NCBI RefSeq assembly: GCF_026571515.1
Contig: NW_026855894.1
Span: forward strand, 124,001-188,000
DNA length: 64,000 nucleotides
Direction of reading: 5' to 3'
DNA from: Ruditapes philippinarum
Lineage: Eukaryota
Positions 61,744 through 64,000 of the stretch are shown in pieces. Position numbers and translations under genes: made by a program. The notes beneath the pieces are model-generated. The model worked only from the letters and a program-made list of their open reading frames with translations. It ran no database searches and had not been told where the DNA came from. Each line of letters opens with the position of its first letter. Within the stretch, counting starts at the first letter, position 1.

Positions 61744-63037
61744 CAAGGTATGATCAAAAAGTTCTCGGCCCGATATATTTCTAGCCACTATACTGACATT
61801 TACACACGATACGTCTATACCGATATCTTATTGAAGATTACTGACCCGAGTTACACGCGGATTTACATAGACTAAGTAACATAAAACACACTTTGATCAG
61901 TAGAGGGGTGTGTCAATTAGTCAAATGGTGAAAGTTGAAATCAGAGAGAGAGAGTCGTCATTTAGTACCTCTGTAAGACAGAGATGTTCCCCACCCCAAA
62001 ACCCATGAAGACTTCATGGATACACTTTGGAAGGAGTCCCCTTCCTATAACACTGAAAAAATTGGCTGCTGAATTTAAGAGGGGCAGGGAGGCCATTGGA
62101 GATGATGAGCGGCCTGGGTACCCAAAAGAGGCCACCAAAGATGAAACTGCCGAAGCTGTGCACGATATGGTCATGTGCGACAGAAGGCGAGACCTGCGAA
62201 GTATTGCTAGGGAAGTGGGTATAAGCTTTCAGTTCAGGCAATTCTGACTGATGTCTATGGCATGTTAAAGGTTTCCGCTAGATTGGTACCCAAACAGTTG
62301 ACTGACGACCAGAAACGGACCAGGTTTGACATTTCAAGATATCTTTACTCTCGCTACGAGGATGAACCTGATTTTATCTACTGGATCGTAACATGGGTCC
62401 ACAGTTCATTCCATAATCTAAAAAACAGAGAATGCAATGGAAGCACCCTGGCTCGCCCCCCTCCGAAGAAATACAAGAGAGCGCCATCAGCAGGGAAGAT
62501 GATGGCTTCAATGTTTTTGGGATAGTCAAGGGATAATCATGATTGACTATCTTGAGCAAGGTCGTACCATAAACGGTACGTACTATGCAGACGAATTTAG
62601 ACGTCTGCGTCAAGAAATTGCGCGTTAAAGGAGGGGCAAACTGACTCAAGGCGGCTCCTGCACGACAATGCGCCAGCTCACACATCCCAAGTCGCGATGG
62701 CTGCCGCAACTGACTGCGGTTTTGAAATTTTTCCTCATTCCCAATATTCTCCGGACTTTGTCCCCTCTAACATCTACCTATTTCCGAAACTGAAACCAAG
62801 CTTAGTGGTAGACGTTTTAGAAGCAAGGAATATGTCATAGAGGCGGTCAATGAGTTCTTTTAGGTAGGAAAAGTAGGACCAAAATAGAGAGTTCTATTTT
62901 GAAGGGTTAAACAAGTTGAGCACAGGTGGGCAAAGTGCATTGATGTAGAGGGCGATTATATTGAAAAGTAAGACCATTAGTTGGATGCTCTGACTACCGT
63001 AGAACATCGTGCCAGGAACTTTTTTGATTTATCCTCT
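61744..63037 (+). mobile_element. Defective Tc1/mariner (mariner DD34D) transposon, ~1.3 kb
   Basis: TA then caaggtatgatcaaaaagttc / gaacttttttgatttatcctc TIRs; fragmented transposase with DDERPG.P, DRR, SARLVPKQLT, GKMMASMF, HDNAPAH, H..YSPDF.PS..YLF. Confidence 0.92.
61926..62971 (+). pseudogene. Mariner transposase pseudogene
   Basis: Multiple frameshifts and stops; first catalytic motif deleted (WIVT^WVH), third Asp changed to Asn. Confidence 0.9.
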
Positions 63038-64000
63038 TCAATCAAAACTAAAGTCAACCTTTAATTGAAACCAATAAATCAAAATCAATACTTTCCAATA
63101 TATAGCTTATATATCTGGAAAAAAGTGATTTCTTGGAAGCATAAAATTCAGCAAAATTACATGAAAATTGCAGACAGAAACTGTTTAATTGAGTCTGTAC
63201 ATGAGGGATAATGAAAGAGTGCAAGATCTCTCACGCCCCACCGGCATTAGACTTATTCAATATTCAACACTCAACGTGCTGGAATCAGTGATGTCGAAGG
63301 ACCAGAACAATATAACAACACTAAGCCTAGTGAAGAACGCAATAAATAGTCTTCAATATTTTCAAGAAAGAATAAATACGTGAAAGCCCATTATCAAAAT
63401 GCAATTTATTCAAAAGATATTTACATGCAGAAAAAGATATCACTAGAAGTGAAAAACAAAAATATTTATAACATATCAAATGACATATCAACCCATTTAC
63501 CAGTTAGGATGTTGTAGACATTATATGTGTTTGAAGAAGTTATCAACCAAGTTGTTAAAATTTGGCACAGCTACAGACCAGGTTAATTCAAGATATATGC
63601 CTCTGTAATAGTGTTGCTGACAATTGTTGACTTAAGACAAAAACAGCAAAGTTTAACAAAATTAATGTGTAAACTGGGGAAGTTGTCGTAAAATAAATCA
63701 CTGTTCAAGTAAATGAATTCTTAAAGGAGCTCCACTAAGGTCAAAAAGCCTAATAACAAAAAAATGACATTTTAAATAGATGAGGTGAAGCACTTAAAAT
63801 GGAAAAATTTGCTAAAGATGATAAAGAAATATAGTCAGAATTGATATGAATATCGATGTGTTCGTGCTTTTGTTGCCAGATTTGTGTAAAAAAACGCTCT
63901 AACGCTTATCCATTTTATGTAATTTTGCACAATAGAAATGGTTATATTTGCACAATAGAAATGGTTATTGTGAAAAACCCGGATAAGCAAATTTTCTACA

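Overview
AT-rich, intron-rich animal genomic DNA. The repeat repertoire (tRNA-derived SINEs, Helentron/pearl-like elements with ~150-180 bp internal arrays, fold-back MITEs) suggests a bivalve mollusc; this is inference. The window holds three + strand cadherin-superfamily genes in tandem. Gene A (28-12309, 5' part outside the window) and gene B (~14300-46193, ~1450 aa, ~11 cadherin-like repeats, one TM, proline/tyrosine-containing tail ending AMDF*) are paralogs with exon-for-exon matching structure. Their ectodomains are built from a repeated three-domain, disulfide-rich module that mostly lacks Ca2+ motifs, and they show patchy exon-internal homogenisation suggestive of gene conversion. Gene C (51149-59821, 462 aa) has an unusual architecture: signal peptide, an unrecognised ~165-aa domain, one cadherin repeat, a Thr/Lys-rich mucin-like stalk, TM and a charged tail. 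The 12-kb intron of gene B is packed with transposons and appears to contain a nested, CpG-depleted, spliced antisense non-coding transcription unit. Much of 9410-14060 is homopolymer-corrupted sequence (likely assembly artefact) that garbles the 3' exons of gene A. A dead mariner element sits at 61.7-63.0 kb. All exon calls were made by eye from GT-AG sites, frame continuity and paralog comparison.
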